Source: the human T2T-CHM13v2.0 reference genome, Homo sapiens. Taken from it: a stretch of DNA of 64,000 bases. This document shows positions 32,267 through 45,600 of the stretch, piece by piece. Each line of letters opens with the position of its first letter. Within the stretch, counting starts at the first letter, position 1. The position numbers and the translations under genes were made by a program. The DNA is taken from the NCBI RefSeq assembly GCF_009914755.1, contig NC_060930.1. One strand, 5' to 3'. Under the pieces are notes generated by a model. That model worked only from the letters and a program-made list of their open reading frames with translations. It did not search any database and was not told the DNA's origin.

Positions 32267-33593
32267 TGAGAGGTGACAGCATGCTGGCAGCCCTCGCAGC
32301 CCTCGCTCGCTCTTGGCGCCTCCTTGGCCTTGGCGTCCACTCTGGCCATGGTCGGGGAGCCCTTCAGCCCGCCACCGCGCTGTGCGGGCCCCTCTCTGGG
32401 CTGGTTGAGGCCGGAGTCGGCTCCCTCAGCTTGCCAGGAGGTGTGGAGGGAGAGGCTCCGGCAGGAACCGGGGCTGCGCGAGGCGCTTGAGGGACACCTA
32501 GAGTTCCAGATGGGCGTGGGCTTGGCGGGCCCAGCAGGCCCGGGCAGTGAGGGGCTTAGCACCCGAGCCAGCAGCTGTAGAGGGTGCACTGGGTCCGCCA
32601 GCAGTGCCGGCCCACGGGGGCTGCGCTCCATTTCTTCCCGGGCCTTAGGTGCCTGCCCTCCCCCAGCCCTCAGCCGCCGTGGGCTCCTGCGCGGCCTGAG
32701 CCTCCCCAATAAGCGGGGCCCCCTGCTCCACGGCACCTGGTCCCATCGACCGCCCAAGGGCTGAGGAGTGCAGGCGCAAGGTGCTGGACTGGCAGGCAGC
32801 TCCACCTGCGACCCTGTGCAAGATCCACTGAGTGAAGCCAGCTGGGCTCCTGAGTCTAGTGGTGACTTGCAGAACCTTTATGTCTAGCTAAGGGATTGTA
32901 AATACACCAATCAGCACTCTGTATCTAGCTGAGGGCTTGTAAACACACCAATCAGCACCCTGTGTCTAGCTCAGGGTTTGTGGAGGCACCAATCGGCACT
33001 CTGTATCTAGTTAATCTGGTGGGGAGGGAGAACTTTTGTGTCTAGCTCAGGGATTGTAAACACACCAATCAGCTCTCTGTAAAACAGACCAGTCGGCTCT
33101 CTGTAAAATGGACCAATCAGCAGGATGTGGGTGGGGCCAGATAAGAGAATAAAAGCAGGCTGCCTGAGCCACCACTTGCAACCTGCTCGGGTCCACTTCC
33201 ACAGTGTGAAAGCTTTGTACTTTCGCTGTTTGCAATAAATCTTGCTGCTGCTCACTGTTTGGGTCCACACTGCCTTTATGAGCTGTAACACTGACTGCGA
33301 AGGTCTGCAGTTTCACTCCCGAAGCCAGTGAGACCACAAACCCACCAGGAGGAATGAACAACTCCAGATGCGCCACCTTAAGAGCTGTAACACTCACCGC
33401 GAAGGTCTGCAGCTTCACTCTTGAGCCAGCGAGACCACGAACCCACTGGAAGGAAGAAACTCTGAACACATCCGAACATCAGAAGGAACAAACTCTAGAC
33501 ACACCGCCTTTAAGAACTGTAACACTCACCGCGAGGGTCCACGGCTTCATTCCTGAAGTCAGTGAGACCAAGAACCCACCAATTCCAGACACA
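32267..33593 (+). mobile_element. LTR12-family (ERV9, LTR12C-like) solo LTR, 1327 bp
   Basis: Starts TGAGAGGTGACAGC, ends CCACCAATTCCAGACACA. Perfect TSD CTGT at 32263-32266 and 33594-33597. CpG-rich U3 and U5 tandem repeats. Confidence 0.93.
32880..33240 (+). promoter_or_regulatory. ERV9/LTR12 U3 enhancer repeats (~41 bp, CCAAT boxes) and core promoter
   Basis: Repeated tctagct..tgtaaa.acaccaatcagcac units with five CCAAT motifs. AATAAAA TATA-like element near 33148 and AATAAA near 33234. Activity not shown. Confidence 0.7.
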
Positions 33594-36269
33594 CTGTGAC
33601 AGTGCAGGCAGCTCCAGGTGCCACCACAGGCACCGGCTCAGGGGCCAGCTCTTTGCAAGACTGTGGCTGGATCAGATGTACTGCAAGCAGCTTCTGTTGT
33701 GGGTACCCATGTCTGGGCAAGGGAAATGAGTTGGTGCCCGGAAGCTTGGAGACACCAGGAACTGCACACCCCCAAAGAGGGTGTCACAGCCCTGGCTTGG
33801 GGAGCCCCTGGGCGTGGGGTCCCCAAAGGACTGTAGCTCTTCTCTCCTTCTCTCCTTCTGATTGCCTGCAACATGGTGAATGGGGGGTGTGTTTCAGCCC
33901 TGTTTGTGTTACAGCTTTTTCAGTCCCATTCAGAAGATCTGGAATTCTTGTCCTTCCTCCAGGAAAAATGCCATTCCTGGACAACTGGAGGGTGAGCACA
34001 GCAGAGAGGAGCTTCACTGAGTGATGGAATAGCTCTCAGGAGACTCAAAAGTTAGTAGCTCCTTTCTGCAAGCTGATCATCCTGATGGGTGTGCAGCTCT
34101 CAGTGGAGAGGAGGCCCATAGAGGGTAGCTCTTTTCCGCAGGCAGATCATCCCAGTGAGTATTCAGCTCTTGATGGAGAGCTATCCACCTGGCATGGATA
34201 GCTGTTTTCTGCAGGCAGATCATCCTGATGAGTGTCCAGCTTTCAGTGGAGAGTAGACCTACAGTGGGTAGTTCCTTTTTGCAGGCAGGTCATCCCAACA
34301 AGTGTGAGTCTGGCTGAGTCTGGAGTTTTTATGTGCTCAGAATGGAGACAGTGTGTGCTGATTGATCCATGGGCAGCCACAGGCAGGCCTGGAAAAAGCA
34401 CCATCCAATTGGCTGAGTGGTCATCAATGAAGATCTCACTCCTGATCATGGACTTTGCCCAGTACTGGCAGCCCAGCCCCCATGCTGGGCCTCTAACATG
34501 CCATCTCCAGCATGCAGGGTGTCCATGCCAAGAGGTGCCCTCAACCGCCCTCCCTGCTCCTTACTCCCATCCCACACTCCTCGGCACCCAAAGTCCAGAG
34601 GGGGCCAAGATGGCAGGGGGCTGGTATGTCAGCACCACCCTACGTGCGGGCACACCTGGCCAGGTTGTGACAGTGCCCAGGGTTGTCCACAACTTTGCTC
34701 CATCCCAAGCAGGCACCGGGAGTTGGGAGAGGGGAGCAGGGCACTTTCAAGCTTGCAGGGGCATGGGGCCTCCTGGGCCCTGAGAGCCCCAGGAATGCAG
34801 GGACCTGGAGCCATGGCTGGGCAGCTAAAGCTGCACCCAGGAGTATGGGGCTCCTGCCCTGCCAACTTGGTAGGGGGCAGGGCTCCCACCTGATCCTGCC
34901 CCCGCCAGCTCCACAAAACATGCAGCCATTGCTATGCCCTCCCTGCTGCAGCAGGTGTCTCCACAGCAGCTGCTCCAGATGGGCCACCACCACCATCAGT
35001 ACCTACTGTAGACAGTAAGCTTCTGTGTTAAGATTTTTATGTAATAAGAGTCTCACATTCCTATTATTATTTTTGCATCTCTGTTTTAAGTGCTCAGGTT
35101 AGTCCCTTTTGCATGAGGCAAAGAGTGAGCCTCCAATACTTTTATGTCATTTTCACTTAGCTAACTCTCCCATGTTCTATATTTCCCCATTTCACCCTGG
35201 CTTCTGATGGGTATTCTTCCCAGCACATGCTTTTGTTTCCCCACTGGATTATAATCCAGAGCCTCTCCTGCTGCCTATAGAATTGTCATCCTTGCTCCAC
35301 TGATAAGAAAAAAAAAGAAGAACTGAGACTAGGAAGAGAAAGAAAGAATAGCTATGCATATGCTTCCACTACTTCCTTCTTTCCTAAAATATTGTATATA
35401 TAGAATATCATTACCCTTAGGAGCTTTGGAATGGATTCCTCAACAAGTGAGAAGTATCTGTTATATATATAAAATCAAACAGGTTAAGAGACCTGGAGAG
35501 TTGGAGCTACATAAAAACATATTAATCAACCTAAAGTCACTTGCTACTAGCAAGCATTAAAAAAATATATATTTAGGAATAATGAAAAATTGGGCATAAA
35601 TTGGAATAATTTAGATGTAGTCAAAATAAAAAGTGAAGAGATTAATTATTAAACTGGTGGAGGGAAGCTAATTTTTAGCTTTGAAGAAATTGAGTAAAAA
35701 GTCACATAAAAAGTTAGAGATTTAATTCTACAGATTAAACATTTCTAAAAAGAGAAAAAACAAAATTAAAAAGGAGTCAACAAACTGGGAAAAAATATAT
35801 AAATTTGACTAAGGATTGATTATATAATATGGGTAACTATTCTATCAAGTCTAATTATAAACAATAGAAATAACTCTAGATAATTTCTTTTTTAAACAGA
35901 AGAATTTTTTGAATTAAATTATGTGATGCACCTTGTAAAACTAAAGACAAAAAAATCAGTTCTTGGTATGAATGAGAACCAAGGGAAATTTCATGTAAAT
36001 ATGAGAAACTCTAATGGCTGGGCAGACTTTCAGAAAGATATAGGCATCTTGATGTGGCTTTCATCATTTTCTATTTTTGTTTCATTCTTTTCAGGATTCA
36101 AGTACCAGGGAGTGTTTAATTGGCCAGGGAGTGGGCACATGTCTGATGCTGTGTAGTCTGCAGCAGAAGAGGGATAATTCCCAAAGGAAAAATCCATGTA
36201 TAAAAGAGAAAGGACTCTGAGTAGGCAAAAGAAGGAGATGTCCATGATGGGTCTCATTCAGATTTTTAG

Positions 36270-37065
36270 AAAAACATTCAGAAAAAAAAGGTAATCAATA
36301 AATGGACAGAGGACATGAACTGATAATTATAGAAGATGCAACATAAATTAATATAGATAAGGAAAATATTGAGACTTAAAAAAAAAAAGTTAAGCCAAAA
36401 CAAAGCAAACATGGAAAGTACTAAACAAATAAGCAAAAAAATCAAAGAACTTTTTATTGACCATGAAAGAATAACACTCTTCAAAAGTTAGACAGAATTG
36501 CCATGTGATCCAATGACTCTACTTCTCCACATATACCCCAAAGATTGAAAAGTAGAGACTCAAATACTCATATACCAATGTTCATTGCTGCATTATTCAT
36601 GATAACCCAAAGGTGGAAAAGAACCCAAATAATCATGGATCAATGAATGGATAAACAGAATGTAAATACATACAATGGAGTTTTATTCAGCCTTAAAAAG
36701 GAATGAAATTCTGATACATGCTACAACATAGATGAATCTTAAAACCATTTTGCTAGGTGAAATAAACCAGTCACAGAAAGACAAATGTGGTATGATTCCA
36801 CTTATATGAAGTACCTACAATAGGTTTCATAGAGACAGAAAATAGAATAGAGGTTACCAGGGGTTGAGGAGAAGTGGAAAATGGGGAGACATTATTTAAT
36901 AGATACAGTGTTTCTGTTTGGGATGATGAAAAACTATGGAAATGGATAGTAGTGATGGTTGCACAATATTATGAATGTACTCAATGCCATGAATTGCACA
37001 TTTAAAAATTGTTAAAAGGGTAAATTTTATGTTGCATATGTTGTACCACAATGTTTTAAAAAGTG
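36270..37065 (+). mobile_element. L1MB-type 3' end within older L1M remnants (~35500-37570)
   Basis: 3'UTR signature (aaggaatgaaattctgatacatgctacaac; atggatagtagtgatggttgcaca; aaattttatgtt..taccacaat). Confidence 0.75.
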
Positions 37066-39939
37066 AATGACACTTGCTATACTTGCTGCTTGGGATAAAG
37101 CTGTGTTTCACTAATGCATATATACTGAGAGTGACAATGAAAAGTGGAACAATACATTTCAGAAAGCAATATGATAATAATTTTCCTCAGAACCCACAAA
37201 ATGCTCCTACCTTTTAATTTAGCTATCCTATTTGTAAGGAAATAATCCGAAAGTAGAAAAAGGCTATTTGCATGAATCATAGCAGTATCAAAAGATAATA
37301 AAGAAATAGAAAACAAGCCTAAATGTGCAAAATGATGGGAAATTTGTCACACTAACTCAAGGAAATGTTATGCAACCATTAAAAATTATAATGATTGTGT
37401 GATAATTTTTATGATATATCAGCAAGTAAAAAGAATTACAAAATGGCGTTATGCTATGATTAATTCAACATTCATGAATGAAAAGTTTTATGGTAAATTA
37501 AGAGAATTATTACTAATATTTTCCTTTTAATTTTTTCTTAACTTTTGTCATTTTACCTAAATAATAAAAAGTGATAATGTTTAGCATTAAACAAAATTTA
37601 AAGAAACTAAATATTTGAAATGTATTATGCTACATAAGATAGAAAAGTGATATAATCTTAAATACTTCTAGTAGAAATTATATGGGATATTTGAAAATAA
37701 TCTAATTGCCTATTATCATTTTTATTGTAAAACTAAAGGTACTTAAATGATACGTATACATCAGCTATAAATAATAGAAATCAACTTACAAAAACCTTAC
37801 TTATAAAACCACACACATTCATTTAGGTCTAGAAGGAGCCTGGAACTTGTATAATGTAGTTATATTATGAAATGCACATTTTACAGAACAATGGAAAGGA
37901 AAAATAAATTGTGAGATGACGTGGAAAAAGGTTTTACAGAAGTTATTGGCAAAAGGAAGACAGGATAATAAAATAGAACATCTCAGGGAGGTTCTCAGAT
38001 GCAAAAATCTTCCAACAAGACATTTCCCATAGAAGTGGCAGAAATGAATATCAGTGTGCTAACAAGCCTTAGTATAATTACATATAGAATCAGAATAATT
38101 ACATATAATATCAAATATCATTGCCTCTATTTATAAGGGATGTAAAACAGTGGAGAAAATATGTGTAAAGATTTTTTTAAATGAGAAAATAATTTGCAAT
38201 TAAAAAAAGAAAACTGAGAACAATGGTAGTGACAACTTCACAACCAGAAAATTCTTCATTTGTGTAACACCAATGTTTCTGCTATAGTTGGTATCTTCCC
38301 CAGATACAAAAAAATTTCTAAACTCTGTAGCATCAGAAGGGATCTTCGACAACATGTAACACAATTTTATTTTCTAGTTGGGTATGCTAAAGTTTAGAAA
38401 AAAGACACACCCAAGAAATATAGCAAGGAAAGACAGAGCCTGTCCATGGGTCTCCCTGACTCTGTGGTTCCCCACCCTGTGTGTGGATTGCCTCATGTTT
38501 TTGTGTCTATAGTGGCACCAAAGGATTAGGCTGCAACACTGCCCATGTGTTAGTACATTCTTCATCTAATGCCTCTGCTTTCTCCCAGGTCCTCTTTGTC
38601 CATTTATCTCCAAAGATATAAATAACTCCATTCTTTCACTATTAAAGGCTCTCTGTTCCATGGGCACTCCATGCCAATATTACTTAAAGCTTATTATATA
38701 TTACTATACAGTCACTTAAGACATGGGATTCCTCCCTGTAGTGTTCAGTATATTTCAGAACTGAGATATTAACACATGAAATAAGCAACAATGCAAGAAG
38801 ATAAACTATCCGGGGCTAAATCAGAGGTCAATATATCACTCTAGATAGACAGAGGAAGAAATCCATATGCACAGGATTTGGAAAAGCTTCATTAAAGAGA
38901 CAGGACAAGGAAAAATAAAACAGTGTTTGTCAAAGCAGGATCTGAGAATCATCTGCAATTGAACCATTGGGAAAATTGATTTCAACATGTAAAACCAGGA
39001 GTCAGTATTTTTAACAAGATCCAGGTGATTTTTGTGCCTGGAAAGGTTTGAGAGCCACTTTCAAGCGGTTGGGAGTTTGTGCATGAACTGCTGCAGGAAG
39101 CAGCACGATGTGTTCTGGAACTGTCCATGGAGGCAGAGCCTTCAAATCACACAGTGTGGGAATTAATGTAAAAAGATGCCTCAGCAGGAAGCTACGGGGC
39201 AGAACAAACTTTAACTCTATGAACTGAAGAAAATAATCATGCCATTTAACCTTGGGTCACTACTGATATGAAATCAAGTGTGCACAAGATAAAAGAATCC
39301 AGGCTAGGTTCTCTGAAATTATGAGTTCAGATGACACAATCAGTGGTGTTTCTTAGACTTAAATAGGGTATTTTTAAAAACTTCTTCAGGCACAACTCTT
39401 AGTTCAAATGATTTACTGTTAGAGAAAAAAGACCAAATGATTTAGTAACTAGACTTAGGATTTCCCGTTCTTTTTGCTTTGCAAGGGAGATTTTAAAAAA
39501 TTATTTTCTCTTTCATCTTACATCTTTGCTTAATAAATTGTATTAATACATCGGGGCATCTAGTGGAAATGATTCTGTTATAGTTTCATTGTAGCAGTTC
39601 ATCTGAAAAATAATAAATATATAAGTTTGAATCAGTCGCTTTGATAGTGAGGGTCTATGTGGGATCTCTTTTGGGTAAAACCCCTGGCCCACTGCTCCAT
39701 CCCAGGTAGACTTTCCTATGCCCTCCAGGTTTCAGGGATGTGGCGGATTCCCTCCCTTCTCTCCAGCTGCTCTCACTCTAAAGACTGTACATGTAATTAG
39801 GATACAACCTCCTTAGCTTTCTGGTTTTTCTTTGACCCAGAATTGAAGAATCGTATACCCTGTTTATTTTAGAATTTTGCACTAAATACTATATGGAGTA
39901 GGGGGCGGGGGATAAAAACAATGAGTGATGAGATGCTGA

Positions 39940-40729
39940 TGAAATGGCAGGAATTCCCTTATCCCCCTCACAGGGCATGTGACAGGGGTGTGGCTCGCTT
40001 CTTCCTTCCGTGCCCCAGTGCTCAAACCCCTAGGGGGAACATGAAGACAGGCTGGTCGTGGAGAGTGTTTTTGGGCTACGACCCCACGGCAGCATCTAGG
40101 GTTGAGTGTTTACAGCTCCTGAAGCCCCAGTGGGCGTGTGTTACAGTGTGCTCTTTCAGCTTTGCCATCTGCAGGTGGCTTGTGTTAATCAGCTCAATTA
40201 GATGCTCTGCCTTATCCTGAGGACAGAGGGCTTTCTGTATCCCAGGTTCTTGCCCTAGTGTACTGGAAAAATTGGGTCACACGTGGGCTTGGAGGATGGG
40301 TGCAAGGTTTTATTGAGTGGTGGAGGTAGCTGTCAGTGAGGTGGATGGGGAGCCAGAAGGGGGATGGAGTGGGAAGGTGGTCTTCCCCTGGAGTTGGGCC
40401 ACCCAGTGGCCAGACTCTCCTCTGATAACCCCTGACTGAATTTCACATCATCCTGCTGTCAATGGCCTGCCTGCCAGTGTCTGCTGGTGTCTGTTGGTGT
40501 GCTCTTCTGCTCCTCTCAACATCCAGCTGCTTGTGTGTGTGCCCGCTACAGTCCTGGGTTTTTATGGGCACAGGATGGGGGGTGTGGCAGACCAAAAGGC
40601 AACTTTTGGGGTGTGAAAACAGAAATTCCTGTCCTCATTTGGGTCTGTGGGCACAGGCCCGAGGGTGGAGCCCTCGCCAGGGACTCCACCCTTCTCTACC
40701 AAGCACTTCCCTACCCCTCTCCCATATCA
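39940..40729 (-). mobile_element. LTR1-family solo LTR (ERV1), 790 bp
   Basis: Minus strand starts TGATATGGGAGAGGGGTAGGGAAGTGCT and ends CCATTTCA. Perfect TSD CTGA at 39936-39939 and 40730-40733. Confidence 0.8.
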
Positions 40730-42404
40730 CTGACAGCTTTAAGACCTCTCCAAAAGCTCTCACAATGATTACCTTGTCATATCCTATACTGTATGTGGGG
40801 ATGCTCTCCTTTTCCTGACATCTTCATGGACTGCATCTTTGCATTATTCTGACGAAGTCTCTGTATGATTATTTTCTGCATTTTTAACACCGTTGGACAT
40901 AAGGCTAAAATCAAGGCTCTTTCTCCCCTTCTTCACAGGTACAGTTCTCATCCCCGTGGGACTCTCCTTCCAGGTAGATATTCTGAAGATTCAGAGATGG
41001 TACAATAGGTGGGAACTCATAGGGCATACTGTTTCCCTATTTCTCTCCTGCAGCCTCCTCACCAACCTTAAGTCTCATGTCCTCCAGGCCTATGTAACAA
41101 AGTGTGAATTTGAATTTGGTCACATCTCAACATTGATCACTCATACTTTTGGGTACTATGGAAATTTCTAGTACCTTTGGGCTCATGAGAGACATTTTCA
41201 TTCTGATCATGAAGAGATGACACTTTTCACTCCAGGGATAATTTCAGTTCCCTTAAATTATGCCTTTCTGTTGTTCTAGTCTCATTTTCTTTACCAAACC
41301 TGCCTCCAAGTCTCATCTTGCTCCTGAAATGTTGACCCTATAATAGTTCTGCAGGCTTCCTTCCTTAATAATACAAATAGTTCTAAAACTCTATTCTGGG
41401 ACTTGAAGAAAGATAAATGGCAAGTACACCCGCAATTATCTTCACCTAGAGTTCTTCCAACTCCCTCTTCAATTATCACCTCACTGTGTGCATTTACCAC
41501 TCTACTTGTACACAATAAATACAGTCTTATTTCATACAACATAGATTTGGCTGTGTGGCAGGAATATTAATGTTTCTGTTGTCATTCATTAATTGAAAGC
41601 CCTATATCTATTTCCTTGGAGCACCTGCGCGGTGCTGCATAAAATGGGAGCAGGCAGCAAAAACTCTTGGTATGAGAGGGGTTTTTGCTGCTGTATGTAT
41701 TGTGTTTTTCTAACACTGCTACATGTGATTATTAAGTACTGTGTGGGGTTTGTATTTACTTCCTACGTGCCCTTAAATTCTTGAGGGAATTATAATTTTA
41801 CTAAATACCACCTATATGAAACAAAGAAGCCAAATGGTTCTCTAGAACAGAGCTAGAGAAGAAAGGAGTATAGAAACATATTTTCCTCATTGTAGGTAGG
41901 GTACATAGTTTTCCTAAATGATGGCAAATGTTTCCAGAAATCTAGCCAAAAATCAGTTAGATAGGAAATCATATAATAATGGTATAGCAGTTTGGAGCAC
42001 CAAAAGTTAAAATTTAGGGATAAATATCTAAATGCATGGTAACAAGTTAATTTAGAAATATACAATTAATATGGATTCAAATATGATTAATAAGAATCTC
42101 TATATGTATATTTGAGGAAACAACTTGAAATTTTAAAGTATCTTTTATTTTAAAGTCCATAAAATTTTGAAGTTTTACCAGAATACCAAATATTTGTATT
42201 GTTAGTTGCTGTCTTAATTGAGGAGACTGTTTCAAAAGTTTTAGATTTCCGTTCTAGTCAAAAATCTCTGGTAGAGATTTTTTTTCTCTACTAGTCCAGT
42301 TTTCTTTTTTCATAAAGAGATAAATAATTTCAAATAGTCAAATGATTCAATTTTTGTCTTTACATTTAATGAGGTTTAATAAAGTACTATATTGAAAATC
42401 ACAT

Positions 42405-42680
42405 AATTTTAAAATTGTGATAGTATACACATAACATAAAATTTACCATCTCAACCATTTTTAAGTATATGGCTCGTTAGTGTTAAGCATAGTTACATTG
42501 TTGAGCAACTAATTATCTCCAGAAACTTCTCATCTTGCAAAACTGAAACTCTATAGTCGTTAAACAATCCCTCCCCATTCCTCATGCCCCACCGACAGCC
42601 CCTGGCAACTGCCATTCTACTTTCTGTCTCTGAGTTTTATGAGTACTCCTCTAGGTATTTCATGTAAGTGAAATCATTAG
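42405..42680 (-). mobile_element. L1MB 3'UTR fragment
   Basis: cataacataaaatttaccatc..catcttgcaaaactgaaactct..cagcccctggcaac. Confidence 0.7.
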
Positions 42681-45600
42681 TTCAAATAATTGCACTTTCA
42701 TGAACTATAAACAGTGTATTGAATGATAAATCAAGTCTCATAACCACAGTATAACCAAAATCATAGAAACCTATTTAACAGATCTATGTTGGCATATAAA
42801 AATTCTATAAAATAGGAATTTACTTGAATTTTACCTGTTAACTTCTGAAATAGAAGCTTTTTAAAATAAAGTTTTAAAGAAACTTCAAGAAGCTCTAAGA
42901 GGAAAATAGAGAAGAGAAATAAAGAAAAATAGTCTTCATTGTGAAAATGACAAGGTAAAACAACCCCCAGGGAAGAAGCAAAATTCTTTGGCATTAAAAC
43001 ACCTTCCGTGGAACATTTGTCTCAAAAGCTGTTTCCTGAAAAGAAAAAAGTTTCTGTAATCATAAAAGTTCTGGAAAGTGCACAACGTATCTCTTTTAAG
43101 GAAATTAAAATTATGCATTAGCCTACTAAATATTCTCAGAAGTTCTTAATAATTTTTGTCTATGTTTGACAGAGGTGTTTCCCAAACTTATTTGACCTCT
43201 TTATCCTTTTTTTTTCCCCCTCATAAAACCTGAAAACTCTGTGGAGGAAAAAGAATGGCCTCTAAATCATGATACGGCTTCAGCTATATCTCAGCCCTTG
43301 AAAAACTGTTTTTAGACTTGGAGTCTTAATTAGACACTCAAACCTCCCTTCTTCATTCCATATTTTCATATTTACTTTTGGATAGAGATTGCTGTATGCT
43401 GCATAAATGCTGTCACCAAGACACTCCTTACTGTAAATGTCAAGTTGATTAAACTTTCATTTGAAAGAATAGTAAAGCAAGTCTGACAATACACATTTCA
43501 CTTAGCTTGGGCTTTGAAACTACTACATAAATCCCAGGGGGCAGATCTATGATCCTCCAGGCTAAAATAATAACTGTTTAGCTATTATGCCTCCACTGTA
43601 TGTGAGCTATAAGCCCATCTCACACGATAAGAGGAACAAATGTCTCGGCTGCAAACTGCTTTTAAAGTACTAGAATAAGAGCAGCAAAGACAGGTAAATG
43701 AGAACATTTCTATGCACATGCCACATTAATATTGCATTGAAAAGCTGAGTCTGTGTGGACTGTATTTAGAGATACAAACAATGGTTCCTGAAAAGACTAC
43801 ATAAAGTAGAAGATGAATTACTGTTACTACACAAAAGCCTCTGAGATTATGCATGCAATCAGAGTAGTAAAGGCTTGGGTAATAACTAGGAAATGACTGA
43901 TTTTCCACTGGAGACACTTTGTTAATTATTTCAAGGCTCTATAGGCAATTTTAACACCTTGTGAGGCTGTCATTATGATCCATTTACAATAACGGCAATT
44001 TCTCTCTGAATATTTGACAGTGCATAAATTAACTCCTTCCTTATGATATATGTTTTCCACAATTATGTCTGGATATTTGAATGCATGTCTTACCTCTTTT
44101 ACTAAAGTTAAGCTCCTTGAAGGCAGCAGTGATATGTAAATCAGTTTGGTATGGCCTTCAGAAACGGGCCCAGTATTTAGTACAATTTTAATACATTTTG
44201 AGGAATTAAATTCTGTAACTAGCCCTTTTCAGTATTTTTTAGTGTCAATATTTTTCATAGAAAGAACTATTTGCCCACTGACTATCACTGAAGAAGTTTC
44301 AGAAGGCTAAATTCTTCTCTTATTTTAAAAAAGTGATGATATGCACAAATTAAGGGCTCAATACATATTTGGTATGTATTTTGATTTGATCTGATTCCTT
44401 AAAGAAAATAAAATATTAAAATGTGAACTTATCCACTGCAAAGTAAAAAAAAAAAAAGACAGGAAAAGGAGAGCGACACGTTCGGGTAAAATGTTCTTAT
44501 TAATTAAATATTAGACTTAGAATGTTGTTTGCATTACTAATCATCAGCGCTCTCATAAAGTCAAAGTTTTATTCTTTCTTACTATTCAGATGTTTTACTC
44601 TCCAGTCATGCTTCACTATCCAGTTACAGTAGCTCTTCTGTGAGTACTCAGTAATAAACTCTGCCATGTTAAGTACTGCTGCTATGGACAAGAGATTTCT
44701 CCTGTCTGCCCAGCACAGTGCCTGACACAGGGCAAGCACTCCAGAATTGTTAGTTTAATGAACGACTGAAAAAATAACAGCTCACATTTGTATAGCATGT
44801 TTAATGTTGGAACATTTTTGCCACACACATTATTTACTTTTATTTAATTTGTTCATTTTCTCATTCAGCAAATATTACTGGAATATAAAGCAATTGCCAG
44901 ACAGGAGGTATTAATCATTCAAAGAAAATTAGTCATAGTTCTTGCAACTCAAAGAACACAAAAATCCACTGGGGGAAATATCAAAGCCAAGGGAAATTAG
45001 AATTTTTGAGAAAAGTGTCAAAAATTTGTTATGCATTAACAAATATTAGAAATAGCAGTGATTGTAAAATTATTGTACGTTCATTACAATAATTATAAAA
45101 ATATAAAAGTTATAAATTGCAAATTGTAAACGTTTTTGTAAAATTACTGTTGGCTGACCAAGTTCCCCAGAGGTTGAGTGACTTGCCTAGAGTCACATAA
45201 CTAAAAGAGAGACAGTTAAGACTGTATCTTGAGCCTTTCTCTTGTAGGATGGAGTTTACTTTGTTGCTCCACATTGAACAAGTGTGAAGGCTGCTCTCTT
45301 TGTGCTTCAGGAAACTTAAGGTTGGAGGTGAGCTCAGACTTGAGAGAGTTTTGAGACACAAAGTGACAGACAATTCATAGAGGGAATACCAACAATGAAA
45401 AGAAAAAACAAAAAAGGACTTGGAATTAAAGAATTAAGCAAAAACTCTGAGGAAGTGGTTTCCTTGATTGCAGTGGAGGAAAAGAGTGAGGACATTAGGG
45501 TAAGAGGTCAGGGGTGGCCTGGAGGCTGACACAGTCTCCTGCATACTAAAGTAAATGATTCAAGTGTGTGTGTTTTGGGGGAGGGGAAAGGGTCAGGGAA

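Larger units (their letters stand above)
32028..34998 (-). mobile_element. MER52-family solo LTR (ERV1), interrupted by LTR12
   Basis: TG..CA termini. Perfect TSD GTAC at 32024-32027 and 34999-35002. GC-rich body with internal ~65-bp tandem units at ~34050-34300. Confidence 0.85.

Noticed and set aside
32880-33560. Spaced repeats superficially like a CRISPR array
   Set aside because: These are the tandem U3/U5 repeats of LTR12. There are no unique spacers or cas genes, and the DNA is eukaryotic.
31926-35018. Dense overlapping ORFs up to 183 aa
   Set aside because: GC-rich LTR12/MER52 sequence is poor in stop codons. ORFs occur in many frames and I recognise no protein family.
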